Below, one piece after another: positions 17,854-28,000 of a stretch of 36,369 bases of DNA; within the stretch, counting starts at the first letter, position 1; each line of letters begins with the position of its first letter. Under the pieces are notes generated by a model, which searched no databases, was not told the DNA's origin, and saw nothing but the letters and a program-made list of their open reading frames with translations. Made by a program: the position numbers and the translations under genes. This stretch comes from Candidatus Hermodarchaeota archaeon (lineage in GTDB: Archaea > Asgardarchaeota > Hermodarchaeia > Hermodarchaeales > Hermodarchaeaceae), in contig JAEOTO010000010.1 in assembly GCA_016839805.1 (NCBI GenBank), forward strand, positions 1 through 36,369, in the 5' to 3' direction.

Positions 17854-18912
17854 ATGAGCGATAATATTGTAGGAAAATTCCATGGTCGTGATTGGCTGAC
17901 TATTCAAGAATGGTCACAAGAGGATTTGCAGACCCTTATCGATGCCGCTATCAAAATAAAGAAGTTACAAAAGGAGCGGAACCCGCATGACTATCTTCTC
18001 CGACAAACCTTGTTCATGATTTTCTTCAATCGTTCTTTACGAACCCGGAATTCCTTCGAAGCGGGTATGACTCAGATGGGTGGACATGCTCACTTCCTCT
18101 CCCCCCAAGATGTTTACCGACCAGCTTTACCAGATGATGAAGAAGCGTATACCAGTGAACGTATCTCTGATGTTGCCCGTGTCCTTGCACGGATGGGAGA
18201 TGCGATAGCCATTCGAATTTATGGTTCACATGCCAAATGGATTTACGGACGTGGACACCGCATTCTTCGTGAATTCGCGAAATGGTCTGACATTCCCATC
18301 ATCAATATGGAAGATGATGTTTATCATCCCTGTCAGGCCATGGCGGACATGCAAGCTATCCAGGAACACACTCCGAAGGTCCAAGGTAAAAAATTCGTTA
18401 TGAGTTGGGCGTATAGTCCAAGTACGAAGAAACCACTCGCTGTCCCTCAAAGTGGAGTGTTAATGGGAACCAAGTGGGGTATGGATGTCGTGTTAGCCCA
18501 TCCGAAGGGCTTTGAACTCGATCCAAAGATTCTTGAAATGTGTGAAAAAAACGTGGCTCAATATGGTGGTTCCTTTGAGATAACAAATGATATAGAAGAA
18601 GCCTTTGCTGGTGCGCATTTTGTGTATCCCAAGTGTTGGACTAGTAAGCATCACATCCCCCCAATTGCCCCAGCAGAAGATTGGGAAGGTTGTCAGAAAC
18701 TGTTTGATGCCAATAAGAATTGGATCGCTGATGCAGCGAAAATGGATCTTGGAGTAAAAGATGTCAAATACATGCATTGTCTTCCTGCAGATCGTGGTTT
18801 CGAAGTGACTGACGAAGTATTGGATGGAAAATGGAGTATCGCCTTTGATGAGGCCGAAAATCGTTTACACTCACAAAAAGCCATTATGGCGGCTATAATG
18901 GGTCGTCCTTAA
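17854..18912 (+). CDS. Knotted carbamoyltransferase (YgeW / N-acetylornithine carbamoyltransferase-like), copy 1
   Basis: SLRTR, HPCQ and HCLP; WAYSPSTKKPLAVPQ resembles the YgeW WAYSPS.GKPLSVPQ loop. RBS GAGGTGA. Confidence 0.85.
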   Translation: MSDNIVGKFHGRDWLTIQEWSQEDLQTLIDAAIKIKKLQKERNPHDYLLRQTLFMIFFNRSLRTRNSFEAGMTQMGGHAHFLSPQDVYRPALPDDEEAYTSERISDVARVLARMGDAIAIRIYGSHAKWIYGRGHRILREFAKWSDIPIINMEDDVYHPCQAMADMQAIQEHTPKVQGKKFVMSWAYSPSTKKPLAVPQSGVLMGTKWGMDVVLAHPKGFELDPKILEMCEKNVAQYGGSFEITNDIEEAFAGAHFVYPKCWTSKHHIPPIAPAEDWEGCQKLFDANKNWIADAAKMDLGVKDVKYMHCLPADRGFEVTDEVLDGKWSIAFDEAENRLHSQKAIMAAIMGRP

Positions 18913-19950
18913 CTACAATAGGTTCTCATCGCCCATTACAAGGGAAAGGAGTCCTTTTTGGAGGTGCAGCCGGTTTTCAGCTTGATCGAAAATTACGCTT
19001 TGGTCACTATCAACGACTTCATCTGTTGCCTCTTCACCACGAAACACTGGTAAACAATGCATATAGATGGCGTCTTGACTGGCGAGATCCATTAGTTCAG
19101 TGTTGCAAATCCAATTACGATATTTTTCATGGATTTGAGCTTCTTTATCTTCGCCCCATTTGTCAATGCCCATAGCCGCACATTCAGCACTCATCCATGA
19201 ACGAGGGTAGACCACATGAGCTCCTGAGTACCCCTCTTTAACGTCATTTGTGATTGTGAAAGCGCCTCCTGATTCGTTCGCATTCTGATGACACCAATCC
19301 ATGATTTCGGAGTCAAGTTCGAATCCAGGTGGATGAGCAAGTGTGACATCCATACCGAATCGGGTAGCAGTGAGTATGGCGCTTTGAACACTGCACCAGG
19401 ACCTAGAATGACGGCTGTATGCCCATGAAAAGAGAAACTTTTTCCCTTGAATTTTTGGAAAATTTTCTTGGACAGTCATAATATCAGTAAGTGATTGACA
19501 GGGGTGAAATTTATCATCGGCCATATTGATAATTGGCACCTTTGCCCATTTAGCATAATCACGCAGGACCTGGTTTCCTCGTCCATAAACATACCCTACG
19601 GCCTTCTCAAGGATTCGAATGCCTATTCCATGACCGTACCTTGCGAGAGTACATGCTGTGTCCTTAACGCTTTCCCCTTCGCCGAGTCTCATAGCTCCAG
19701 GTTCCAAAAATTGGGCATGGCCTCCAAGTTCAGTTAGTGCTGCTTCAAAGCTAGCACGAGTTCGGGTACTGGTGTTATAGAAAAGCATGAAGAACGTTTT
19801 ATCTGAGAGGAGATGCGGAGATTTTCCAGCCCTGGTTTTTTTCTTGAGCCCTTTAGAAAATTCTAGGACCGCGTCGAGTTCTTCACGGGTCCATTCTTGT
19901 GTTGTGATCATATCTCGTCCACGGAGATCCAGTTTAGCCATTTCGTCCAA
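18913..19950 (-). CDS. Knotted carbamoyltransferase (YgeW-like), copy 2
   Basis: STRTR, HPCQ, WAYS, TRFGMDVTLAHP, VYPRSW, HCLP and QAENR. Lacks the DxxxSMG motif of canonical OTCase. Confidence 0.85.
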   Translation of the reverse strand: MDEMAKLDLRGRDMITTQEWTREELDAVLEFSKGLKKKTRAGKSPHLLSDKTFFMLFYNTSTRTRASFEAALTELGGHAQFLEPGAMRLGEGESVKDTACTLARYGHGIGIRILEKAVGYVYGRGNQVLRDYAKWAKVPIINMADDKFHPCQSLTDIMTVQENFPKIQGKKFLFSWAYSRHSRSWCSVQSAILTATRFGMDVTLAHPPGFELDSEIMDWCHQNANESGGAFTITNDVKEGYSGAHVVYPRSWMSAECAAMGIDKWGEDKEAQIHEKYRNWICNTELMDLASQDAIYMHCLPVFRGEEATDEVVDSDQSVIFDQAENRLHLQKGLLSLVMGDENLL

Positions 19951-20161
19951 CTACCTATTTACGATTTTTTGATGCTGTGGTGACGAAACCTTTTGAAAAT
20001 TTCGTATTTCATACTCTTTGGTATATGTTAACCCTATGTATACATTGGTTCGATTCCCCCATTCATTGTGTTTTACAACCCCCTTAGGTAAATTATCACT
20101 CATTGTTTTTTGCAAAACCTTTTGAGGGTTTTAATGACGCTATCGGCATAGGGATTATAAC

Positions 20162-20956
20162 GTGGAGTTCTTTGATACGCATTCTCATTTAGAAATGCCC
20201 AGGCTCTATCCTAATGTGGATGCGATAGTTCGCCGTGCTAAGGCAGCGGGAGTTATTGGAGTTGTAGTAAGTGCAATCGAGCCGAAATTTTATCCTAAAG
20301 CCCTGGATTTAAAGAACCGATTTCCTGGATTTATTTGGCCTACCTTTGGTTTGCATCCTCCACGAGCAACTCCTGAAATGGTGAAACGTTGTATTCAAAG
20401 CATTCGAAAACACGCTGAGGAAATTGTGGCGATTGGAGAAGTGGGATTAGATTATTACTGGGTTAAGGAGAGAGAACCACGCGAGTATCAGAAGACAGCC
20501 TTTGTTCAGTTTATCCAGCTAGCGAGCGAGTTAGATCTTCCATTAGTAGTCCATTCTCGAGAAGCTGAGGGGGATTCGATACAGATTTTAAAAAGAGAGG
20601 AAGCTGTTCAGGTTCAACTACATTGTTTCAATGACGCTGCGCTTGTGCAAGAAGCCGCCAAACAAGGATGGGTTATGAGTGTTCCTACAAGTGTTGTTTC
20701 CCGCCGTCGCATGCAACGAATCGCTTCAGCGATGCCATTAGCAAATATGCTGTTAGAAACGGATGCACCATATTTGGCGCCAGTCCATGGTCAAACAAAT
20801 GAACCGGCAAATCTTCCCCATGCAGCGGTGAAACTTGCAGAGATTAAAGAAACAACTCCAGAGGTTATCGCAGAAACCACAACAGAAAACGCTCTGAGGT
20901 TTCTTCAGTTAGTCCGTGATGAAACCGGTACCGAAATTTCAAAAAGCAAGGATTAG
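20162..20956 (+). CDS. tatD: TatD family nuclease
   Basis: FDTHSHL, GLHP, AIGEVGLDY, VHSR, HCF and LETDAPYL. Confidence 0.93.
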   Translation: MEFFDTHSHLEMPRLYPNVDAIVRRAKAAGVIGVVVSAIEPKFYPKALDLKNRFPGFIWPTFGLHPPRATPEMVKRCIQSIRKHAEEIVAIGEVGLDYYWVKEREPREYQKTAFVQFIQLASELDLPLVVHSREAEGDSIQILKREEAVQVQLHCFNDAALVQEAAKQGWVMSVPTSVVSRRRMQRIASAMPLANMLLETDAPYLAPVHGQTNEPANLPHAAVKLAEIKETTPEVIAETTTENALRFLQLVRDETGTEISKSKD

Positions 20957-20959
20957 GAA

Positions 20960-22786
20960 TTAGCGCACTGTCAGAGTTTTACTGATATTGCGTGGGTAGT
21001 CGGGATCGATGTTTTTGTATGTGGCGAGATGATAGGCCATGAGTTGTAGAGGAATCGCTTGGAGGATAGGGCTCAAATACTGGTTTGATTCAGGTATCAA
21101 GAAAAAGTCGTCATCTTTTACATATCGTCGAAGTAATGGGTGATCTTCACCGGTTATAATTATCCGTGCACCACGGCACTCTACTTCAGCGAGATGGTTG
21201 ACAAGATGTTCAGAGTCCTTTGGTGCTATTGTAAAGACAATGGGATACCCCTCTTCTACGATGCTGAGGGGACCATGTTTGAATTCACTAGAATACATCC
21301 CATCAGCGACGATATAGCAGACTTCCTTAATTTTTAGAGCGCCCTCCAATGCAACTCCATGAGTGATTCCATAACCAAGGACGTAGAAATGGGAATATTT
21401 AGATAAGTAAGGGGCAAGCGCTCGAGCTTTAATCGTATTCGTTGAAATCGTCTCTTCGATAAGTGCAGGTAAATGGGTCTTTAGATCAGTTATTATCTCT
21501 TCAGCACGAGTGGATTCTAAGACCTCACGTTTTTGCCCACTCAAAGCTGCGAGGTAATTGAAGAGAGTTACTTGGCTCGTGTAAGTTTTTGTTGCAGGGA
21601 CGCTAATTTCAAATCCGGAGCCTAGAGGCAAGTAAAGGTCACTTAGGTGTGTAAGTGTTGAACCTAAGACATTTATAATGCTGAGAATTTTCACATCGCG
21701 ATTTCGACAATGATGAACCACGTCAATAACATCTTTGGTTTCGCCACTTTGACTAACACAAACGACGACATCCCCTTTTCTTACAGCATCGCCGTAATGT
21801 GAAATAAATTGTCCACCAATAACAGGAATGACAGCAACATTCGCTAACTCGTTAAAATAGTAACTGCCAACCACAGCAGCATGATAACTGGATCCACAGG
21901 CAACGAAAAACACCCGGTTCGCATTAATGAGGGAACCTACGAATTGGGAGATGTAAGGTTCACGTATCGCACTGAAGAGTGTGCGGGTGCTGCTAACTTG
22001 TTCGTGAATTTCTTTCAACATGAAATGTGGATAGCCACCCTTTTGAGCGACCCGGATATCAGCATCGGATGTGTAAGGTTTTCTTTCTACGAGCTGACCA
22101 TCGCTGATGCGACGAATTTCAATTGTTGTAGGTGAGAGAATCACTAGTTCTCCGTCATGAATGTTTAAGATTTCACGGGTGATAGGGAGTATACTTGGAA
22201 GATCACTACTTACGCAAGTTTCACCTTTGCCGATACCTGCGAAAAGACTCGAACCCATCTTTACAGCATAGACTTTGTCATCATCTCGATGCATTACAGC
22301 AAAGGCATAATCACCTTTCAGATCATTGCATCCTTTTTGGATGGCTTCGACCATATCGCCAAGCTGGTCATAGTATCGTTCTATTGCGTGAACGCAAATT
22401 TCACCATCATTCATACTGCGTACCGTATGTCCCTCATGGGTATATTGTTCCCTTAGGGGGAGAAAATTCAAAATATTTCCATTATGTGCAGCACACAAAT
22501 CCTCGTCGCAATCAAGGTGCGGTTGAGCGTTGAGTTTACTGGGCGCACCAAATGTTGCCCATCGTAGTTGTGCAATGCCTTTGGAACCCCGCATTTCACT
22601 AAGACGTAATTTCGTAGCTACGATATCGAATTTCCCTTTATCTTTGCGCAGGTGGATTTTGTTCTTGTAAACGGTTGCGCACCCGACTGTATCGTAGCCT
22701 CGATAAGTGAGTTTTTCAGCACATTCTACTAGTGTTTCGCCGATGTTATTTCGTCGATTGCTAGTAATTGCGAATATGCCGCACAC
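20960..22786 (-). CDS. glmS: Glutamine-fructose-6-phosphate transaminase (isomerizing)
   Basis: N-terminal CGI, YRGYD, RWAT, HNGNI, HFMLKEIHEQ, SQSGET, EGALKIKE, KHGP and PRN.SK. Confidence 0.93.
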   Translation of the reverse strand: MCGIFAITSNRRNNIGETLVECAEKLTYRGYDTVGCATVYKNKIHLRKDKGKFDIVATKLRLSEMRGSKGIAQLRWATFGAPSKLNAQPHLDCDEDLCAAHNGNILNFLPLREQYTHEGHTVRSMNDGEICVHAIERYYDQLGDMVEAIQKGCNDLKGDYAFAVMHRDDDKVYAVKMGSSLFAGIGKGETCVSSDLPSILPITREILNIHDGELVILSPTTIEIRRISDGQLVERKPYTSDADIRVAQKGGYPHFMLKEIHEQVSSTRTLFSAIREPYISQFVGSLINANRVFFVACGSSYHAAVVGSYYFNELANVAVIPVIGGQFISHYGDAVRKGDVVVCVSQSGETKDVIDVVHHCRNRDVKILSIINVLGSTLTHLSDLYLPLGSGFEISVPATKTYTSQVTLFNYLAALSGQKREVLESTRAEEIITDLKTHLPALIEETISTNTIKARALAPYLSKYSHFYVLGYGITHGVALEGALKIKEVCYIVADGMYSSEFKHGPLSIVEEGYPIVFTIAPKDSEHLVNHLAEVECRGARIIITGEDHPLLRRYVKDDDFFLIPESNQYLSPILQAIPLQLMAYHLATYKNIDPDYPRNISKTLTVR

Positions 22787-22870
22787 GGATAATAGCTCCT
22801 TATTTCCAGTTTCACAATGTGAAATCGTTTAACTGTGTTTCTATGTTTCATTATTTTGCACTGCGTTTCT

Positions 22871-24133
22871 TCACAAACCTAATGTTTTCTGTAACTGTTT
22901 TAGATCAGGCTCAATCACAGGTGGTGTGGTAATCCTTTGGATTACTATGTCTTGATCTTTTAATCCGCCACCCGTTGCTTCGATAAGGATTGTTTCAGAG
23001 GGATCTTGGTCACCTGATTCGAGCCGATCAATCAGTCCTGCAAGACCAGTGACGCCAGAGGGCTCAGCAAAGATACCCTCATACTTTGCCAGTAATTCTT
23101 GAGCGTGGAGAATTTTATCATCGTTCACTGCAATAGCAGAGCCTTTCGATTCGCGGACGGCCAAGAGAGCTAGATCACCATCCCAGGGAAACGGGTCGCA
23201 TAAGCCTTCTGCAACGCTATGCGGTGAGGCACACGGAATAATGTCAAAGATATCCCGGTTCGTTTCAAAGGCTTGTACGAGGGGAGCACAACCAGAGGCT
23301 TGTACAGCTACCATCCGTGGCTGAGTTTCCACAAGTCCCAGGGTCATGAAATCGGTGAACCCGCGCCATTGACCACCAAGTAGCCCTCCTGCCCCAACTT
23401 GAACATAAGCAACATCAGGAATCTGCCATTCCAACTGCTCAATGATTTCATAAGCCAGAGTTTTGGGACCTTCTGCCTGATAGGGATTGAAGGGCCCAAA
23501 GCTTGGACAGGGGGTCCAACCATAAGTGGAACAAGCCTCACGAAGAAGTCTAACGGTTGGATCATCGCCTTTGTGTAATCCCTTTAGCCGCACAACTTTG
23601 GCACCATAAAGGAGGAGTTGAGCGATTTTTCCCATAGGCGCAATATCGGGGACAAAGCAAAAACATGTGAATCCCGCCCGTGCGCAATAAGCAGCTAAAG
23701 CTGCAGCAGCATTACCACTGCTTGCGGAAGCTAATGTTGTCGTGCCTTGTTCGTTTGCCTTTGAAACGCCTACGGTCATTGGTCGATCTTTAAATGACCA
23801 AGTGGGATTCCGAGTTTCATCTTTAATATACAAATCACGAACGCCCAATGCTTCGGCAAGTCTTTGGCTTTTGACCAGGGGAGTCCCTCCCTCACCAAGG
23901 CTTACTATATTTGCCCGATTAGATACGGGAAGTAGTTCAAAGTAACTCCAAACGCTTAGAGAACGAGCCGATAGGATTTTCTTAGAAAGTACTTCCTGTA
24001 GACGTGAATAATCATAATGCACATCGATTCGCGCCCCACATTCGGGGGTTTCACAAAATTGCGGAGTTTCTAAGGGATTATAGTCAGTATTACACTTTGG
24101 ACAATGAAGACGGGTGACATAAGACATATTCAA
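22871..24133 (-). CDS. Threonine synthase-like PLP enzyme (fold type II)
   Basis: N-terminal Zn-ribbon-like Cys pairs, SLGEGGTPL, NPTWSFKDR, ASSGNAA, EGIFAEP and TGGGLKD. Confidence 0.88.
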   Translation of the reverse strand: MNMSYVTRLHCPKCNTDYNPLETPQFCETPECGARIDVHYDYSRLQEVLSKKILSARSLSVWSYFELLPVSNRANIVSLGEGGTPLVKSQRLAEALGVRDLYIKDETRNPTWSFKDRPMTVGVSKANEQGTTTLASASSGNAAAALAAYCARAGFTCFCFVPDIAPMGKIAQLLLYGAKVVRLKGLHKGDDPTVRLLREACSTYGWTPCPSFGPFNPYQAEGPKTLAYEIIEQLEWQIPDVAYVQVGAGGLLGGQWRGFTDFMTLGLVETQPRMVAVQASGCAPLVQAFETNRDIFDIIPCASPHSVAEGLCDPFPWDGDLALLAVRESKGSAIAVNDDKILHAQELLAKYEGIFAEPSGVTGLAGLIDRLESGDQDPSETILIEATGGGLKDQDIVIQRITTPPVIEPDLKQLQKTLGL

Positions 24134-24756
24134 AGATCCTCCTGTTGGGTTTCTCGGCGTAATGCGATTAGCCCTTCACGAATCAAGACATATCTTTCTG
24201 CAAATCCCTTCAGATGCTCATAAAGGGTTGCGTATTCTGATCGACTTCGCAGGGTAGTTTTTGTATCCAAATCATCTATTGGAGACAAGGAATGGCGCTG
24301 AACTGCTCGACGTATCGCGAGAGCGACACGATATCCGTCCTCGCGCCTCACCTGTGCTTGTTGTTTTTTAGAGAGCGTATTTCGAAGTGCATTAAGCCCT
24401 TGATTGATGGAGGAGGGAGTTTCTAGAAGGGTTAGAAAGGCGGTTAAAAGAAATATTGTTCCAAGAAACTCATTTTCCCACCAGTCTAAACCAGGTTTTT
24501 TGGTGATAAGGTCCAAAGCAGCGGTTAAACATTGTCGGCTTGTTACTAGGTTTTGGATGGTATAGAAGAGATCGCTGGCTTCTAACAGGAGTCCTGCGGC
24601 GCGTGTAAGTTGATGTTTTCGCCAGTAAAACTCGCTGCTAACTAAGACTAACACAAGTGCCATTTTAGGTTGATTTTTTTCGCGAAGACGAGACGCTTCA
24701 TGGAGATATCGTCCTAGTTTTTCTTTGGCCACTTCGGGACTGGGTGAGGACATCAA
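24130..24756 (-). CDS. Hypothetical all-helical protein
   Basis: 208-aa ORF overlapping the thrC-like start by 4 nt; TPR/SNAP-like helical pattern, family not recognised. Confidence 0.7.
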   Translation of the reverse strand: MMSSPSPEVAKEKLGRYLHEASRLREKNQPKMALVLVLVSSEFYWRKHQLTRAAGLLLEASDLFYTIQNLVTSRQCLTAALDLITKKPGLDWWENEFLGTIFLLTAFLTLLETPSSINQGLNALRNTLSKKQQAQVRREDGYRVALAIRRAVQRHSLSPIDDLDTKTTLRSRSEYATLYEHLKGFAERYVLIREGLIALRRETQQEDL

Positions 24757-25007
24757 GCCAGTGAGGCGTAATTTAGCATCAGTTACTAGTGAACGTTGGT
24801 GATGGTCAATCGCGTGATAGAGATCATGCCATAAAGTTTGCAGAATTACACCCCATAGATAATACTCGGGTTTCCTACGTCAAGCTGTGGGTCTAATGAG
24901 TAGAAAAAGATTCGGTGACCGTTAAATCTGCAAGAATTTCAGGGCTTTTTAGTACCAGTCAGCAAAGTTTTTGTTAGCCAAACGTTTGTGTCAGTTGGTG
25001 GCATTCA

Positions 25008-28000
25008 GTGGTTTCCAAGCGGTCAATAGTGGCAGCTATCTCCCTAACCATCATCATATTACTCATTCTAAGTTTTTTATGGCCACTCCTCTTCCAACCA
25101 CCAATTCCTCGCCAGGAAGAGTATGACGACGTTCCTGATTGGGGTACTGGAGTCACGGTGGGAACCGATGACAGTTTTTTAGATAACATCACCCTCGACG
25201 ACGTACCTCTAGATTTGAACTGGTCTCTTGATCCATCTTTCACAGTTGCTGTAATTTCACCAGTTGACCCCCCACGCTATTGGCGAAGCACTGCTTATGA
25301 TAGATATATGGGAACCGATTGGGAAAAAAGCAGTAACGCTACCCAATTGCTTGGTTCAGTAACTCCTGGTTCTGAAATTGTGTATACCATCGTCCAGAAC
25401 ATTACTCACCAAGTGGCTGGATCGTTCCCGTTGTTATCTTTATGGCCGGACCCAATGATCATTAGTAATTCCATTCAATGCCCCCATCTTCCATACCCTG
25501 ATTCTTATGATCTTGAAACAGATCAGTATGGCACAGCTATTCTGAATGCACGGTTCAGCAGCACAGGAAACACCACATTACAATACCAGGTAACCTATGA
25601 TCCACTAAACTGGACGACAATACGCCCTCTTGCCCAATCTGCGAGTTCAACACCTGGCGCCATATTGACGCAATATCAGCAACAGGGGCTCAACCACCTA
25701 AGTCCGGCAACCCGTACCTACATTCAAACAGAGTTGAGCTCAATTCTTACCGGAGTCCCGGATAACGCCTTTGAAGAAGCCTTTGCCATCCTAAATTATT
25801 TCAAAGGGACTTTTACCTTCGACCCCTTTCTACCACGTCCAGGAGCTAGTGACGAGCATGTAGCGTGGTTTCTCGCACAGGGTGCAGGCATCGGTCTTGA
25901 TTTTGCCACTGCGTACACTATGTTTCTCCGTGAAAGTGGTATTGCCGCTCGTCCTGTAGTTGGCGCAGTTTTGGGCACAAACAATGGCTCCCATAGGATA
26001 ATGTATCTTATGCATGTGCATTTTTGGGTAGAAGTGTACATTCCCACAAGTGGTGAAGGCTATTGGTTACAGTTTGATCCTACTCCTTTACCCAGTTTTA
26101 TCACTGATGGAAGTCCCCCACCAACTCCTTCCATTAAGAAGCCACCTGACCCAGGGGCCATGGATCAGGATCCCTATGTAATTAGTACCTACTATGACCT
26201 CTCAGTAAGCGTGACAGCAACGGTTGTTGACCGTTTTGAGCTTTTTCAGATCATAGCGATTCTTACTCGAGATGGTGTTCCGGAGCCCGGAGAACCACTT
26301 CTGTTCTACGATGAAACTGAGCATTGGTTGATTGGAAGTAATGTGACGACAGCAACCGGGGAAGCGCGTACTACCTTCCAATACAATAACTCGGCGATAG
26401 TAGGTTTTCATTTTCTTCGTGTTGCCTTTCATGCTCTAAGCGAGATTGCAGTTATTGCCCTTCATGGCGCTGCGAATTTGTCTCTTTCAGTAACTCCCCA
26501 AGAAGTGAATCGAACTAGATCTGTTCATTTTAATGGTACTCTGATAGACGCTGTTAACGGTAGAGGGCTTTCATATAATGAAACAAGGAACTCAGGCGTC
26601 AGTATTTTACTAAATAATATTCTAGCCACTGCATCACTTACTGACGCCTTTGGTCGCTATGCGGTGGATTGCATCATCAACGCTTCTCAAACGCCTTTAG
26701 GTCCCACACTGGTAAATGCAACCTTCTTCATTCCCAGCGTAATTGACCCTACATCAAGTACGATACAGGCACTCAATATAACAGCTACCTCACAGCTTAC
26801 AGTACAAGCTGTTCCTAATTCTATCCGTTCAAATAGTACTGCCACCTTGCAAGGGCAGTTGCAGTATGAAAATGGCACTGGAATTGCTGGTCAATCCATC
26901 CAACTCCTCTGGAATGGAACACCCCTTGGATCAGCTATAACAGATAGTGCCGGTTATTACGCGTTGAATCATACCCCCATTCCCATAGGATATGTCACTA
27001 TTGAGGCACGATTTATGGGGGCTCCTTTAGTTTACGGTTCCAATGCTAGAAATACGGCGCGTGTGCATGAAGAAGGAGCCATTATCATCTTTGTTGATGA
27101 CGAAGATGGTGATGATCTTACTCAACGTGGAGGAAACGTCTATTTTTCAGGTTGGGTTGAAAACCAAAATGGCACACGTCAAGGATTCGTGACCGTTCGG
27201 ATTTTCATAAACGGATCAGAAGTTGCACAGACAATAACTCTTGCTAATGGTTCATTCTTCTATACCTACCAATTAGATCCTTCCCAACCTGTTGGCGCAA
27301 AGGAAGTTACTGGGGATATTATTCATGGAACCTTAGTCGTCATAAGCAGCTTTGACTATTTTGCGATTAATTCAACGACTCGAATTCAGAATCTTTCCTT
27401 TGATATGACTCCTGCAATGTTAGGAGAATCAGTTACGTTGACTGGTCAAGTAATTGATGACCAAGACATAGGTCTTTCAGGACAGATTCTTAGCGTGTCT
27501 CTCTCTTACCTAACCACGTCGATTCCACTAGGCACGACATTCAGCCAACCAGATGGTTCATTTTCTTATTCTTTCGTCATTCCAGGGAGTATTCCAGGAA
27601 GTATCTCAACGGTCTCTTTTGATGTTAGCTATCTAGGAACGCCTTTTCTAGGACCTAGTAGTGGTTCAGAGCCCCTTGGTGTGTTTTCCAATGCCACCCT
27701 ATTGATTGATGTTTCATCTGGTCCCTTCGCATGGAACGCAAGTATTCCAATAAATGGGACACTCGAGGACAGTTTTGGTCGTACCCTTACCAATCGAGAT
27801 ATTCAGCTCTTCATTGACAATACTTACAATTTCACTGCTGCATCGAATCAATATGGACAGGTATATTTTGTGTTGAGATTGAGGCCATCGGGAAATACTG
27901 ATGTAAATTATACTCTTCAGCTTCGACACGAAACGATAATTACTGTTAATTCTACTGTTAGAATCATAACTGTGGAGGCTCAGGAACAAATGCAAACCCC

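Noticed and set aside
24850-24892. Purine-riboswitch-like words (ATAAT...GTTTCCTAC) in a CCCATAG/CTGTGGG stem
   Set aside because: It lacks the P2/P3 loops and spacing of the aptamer.
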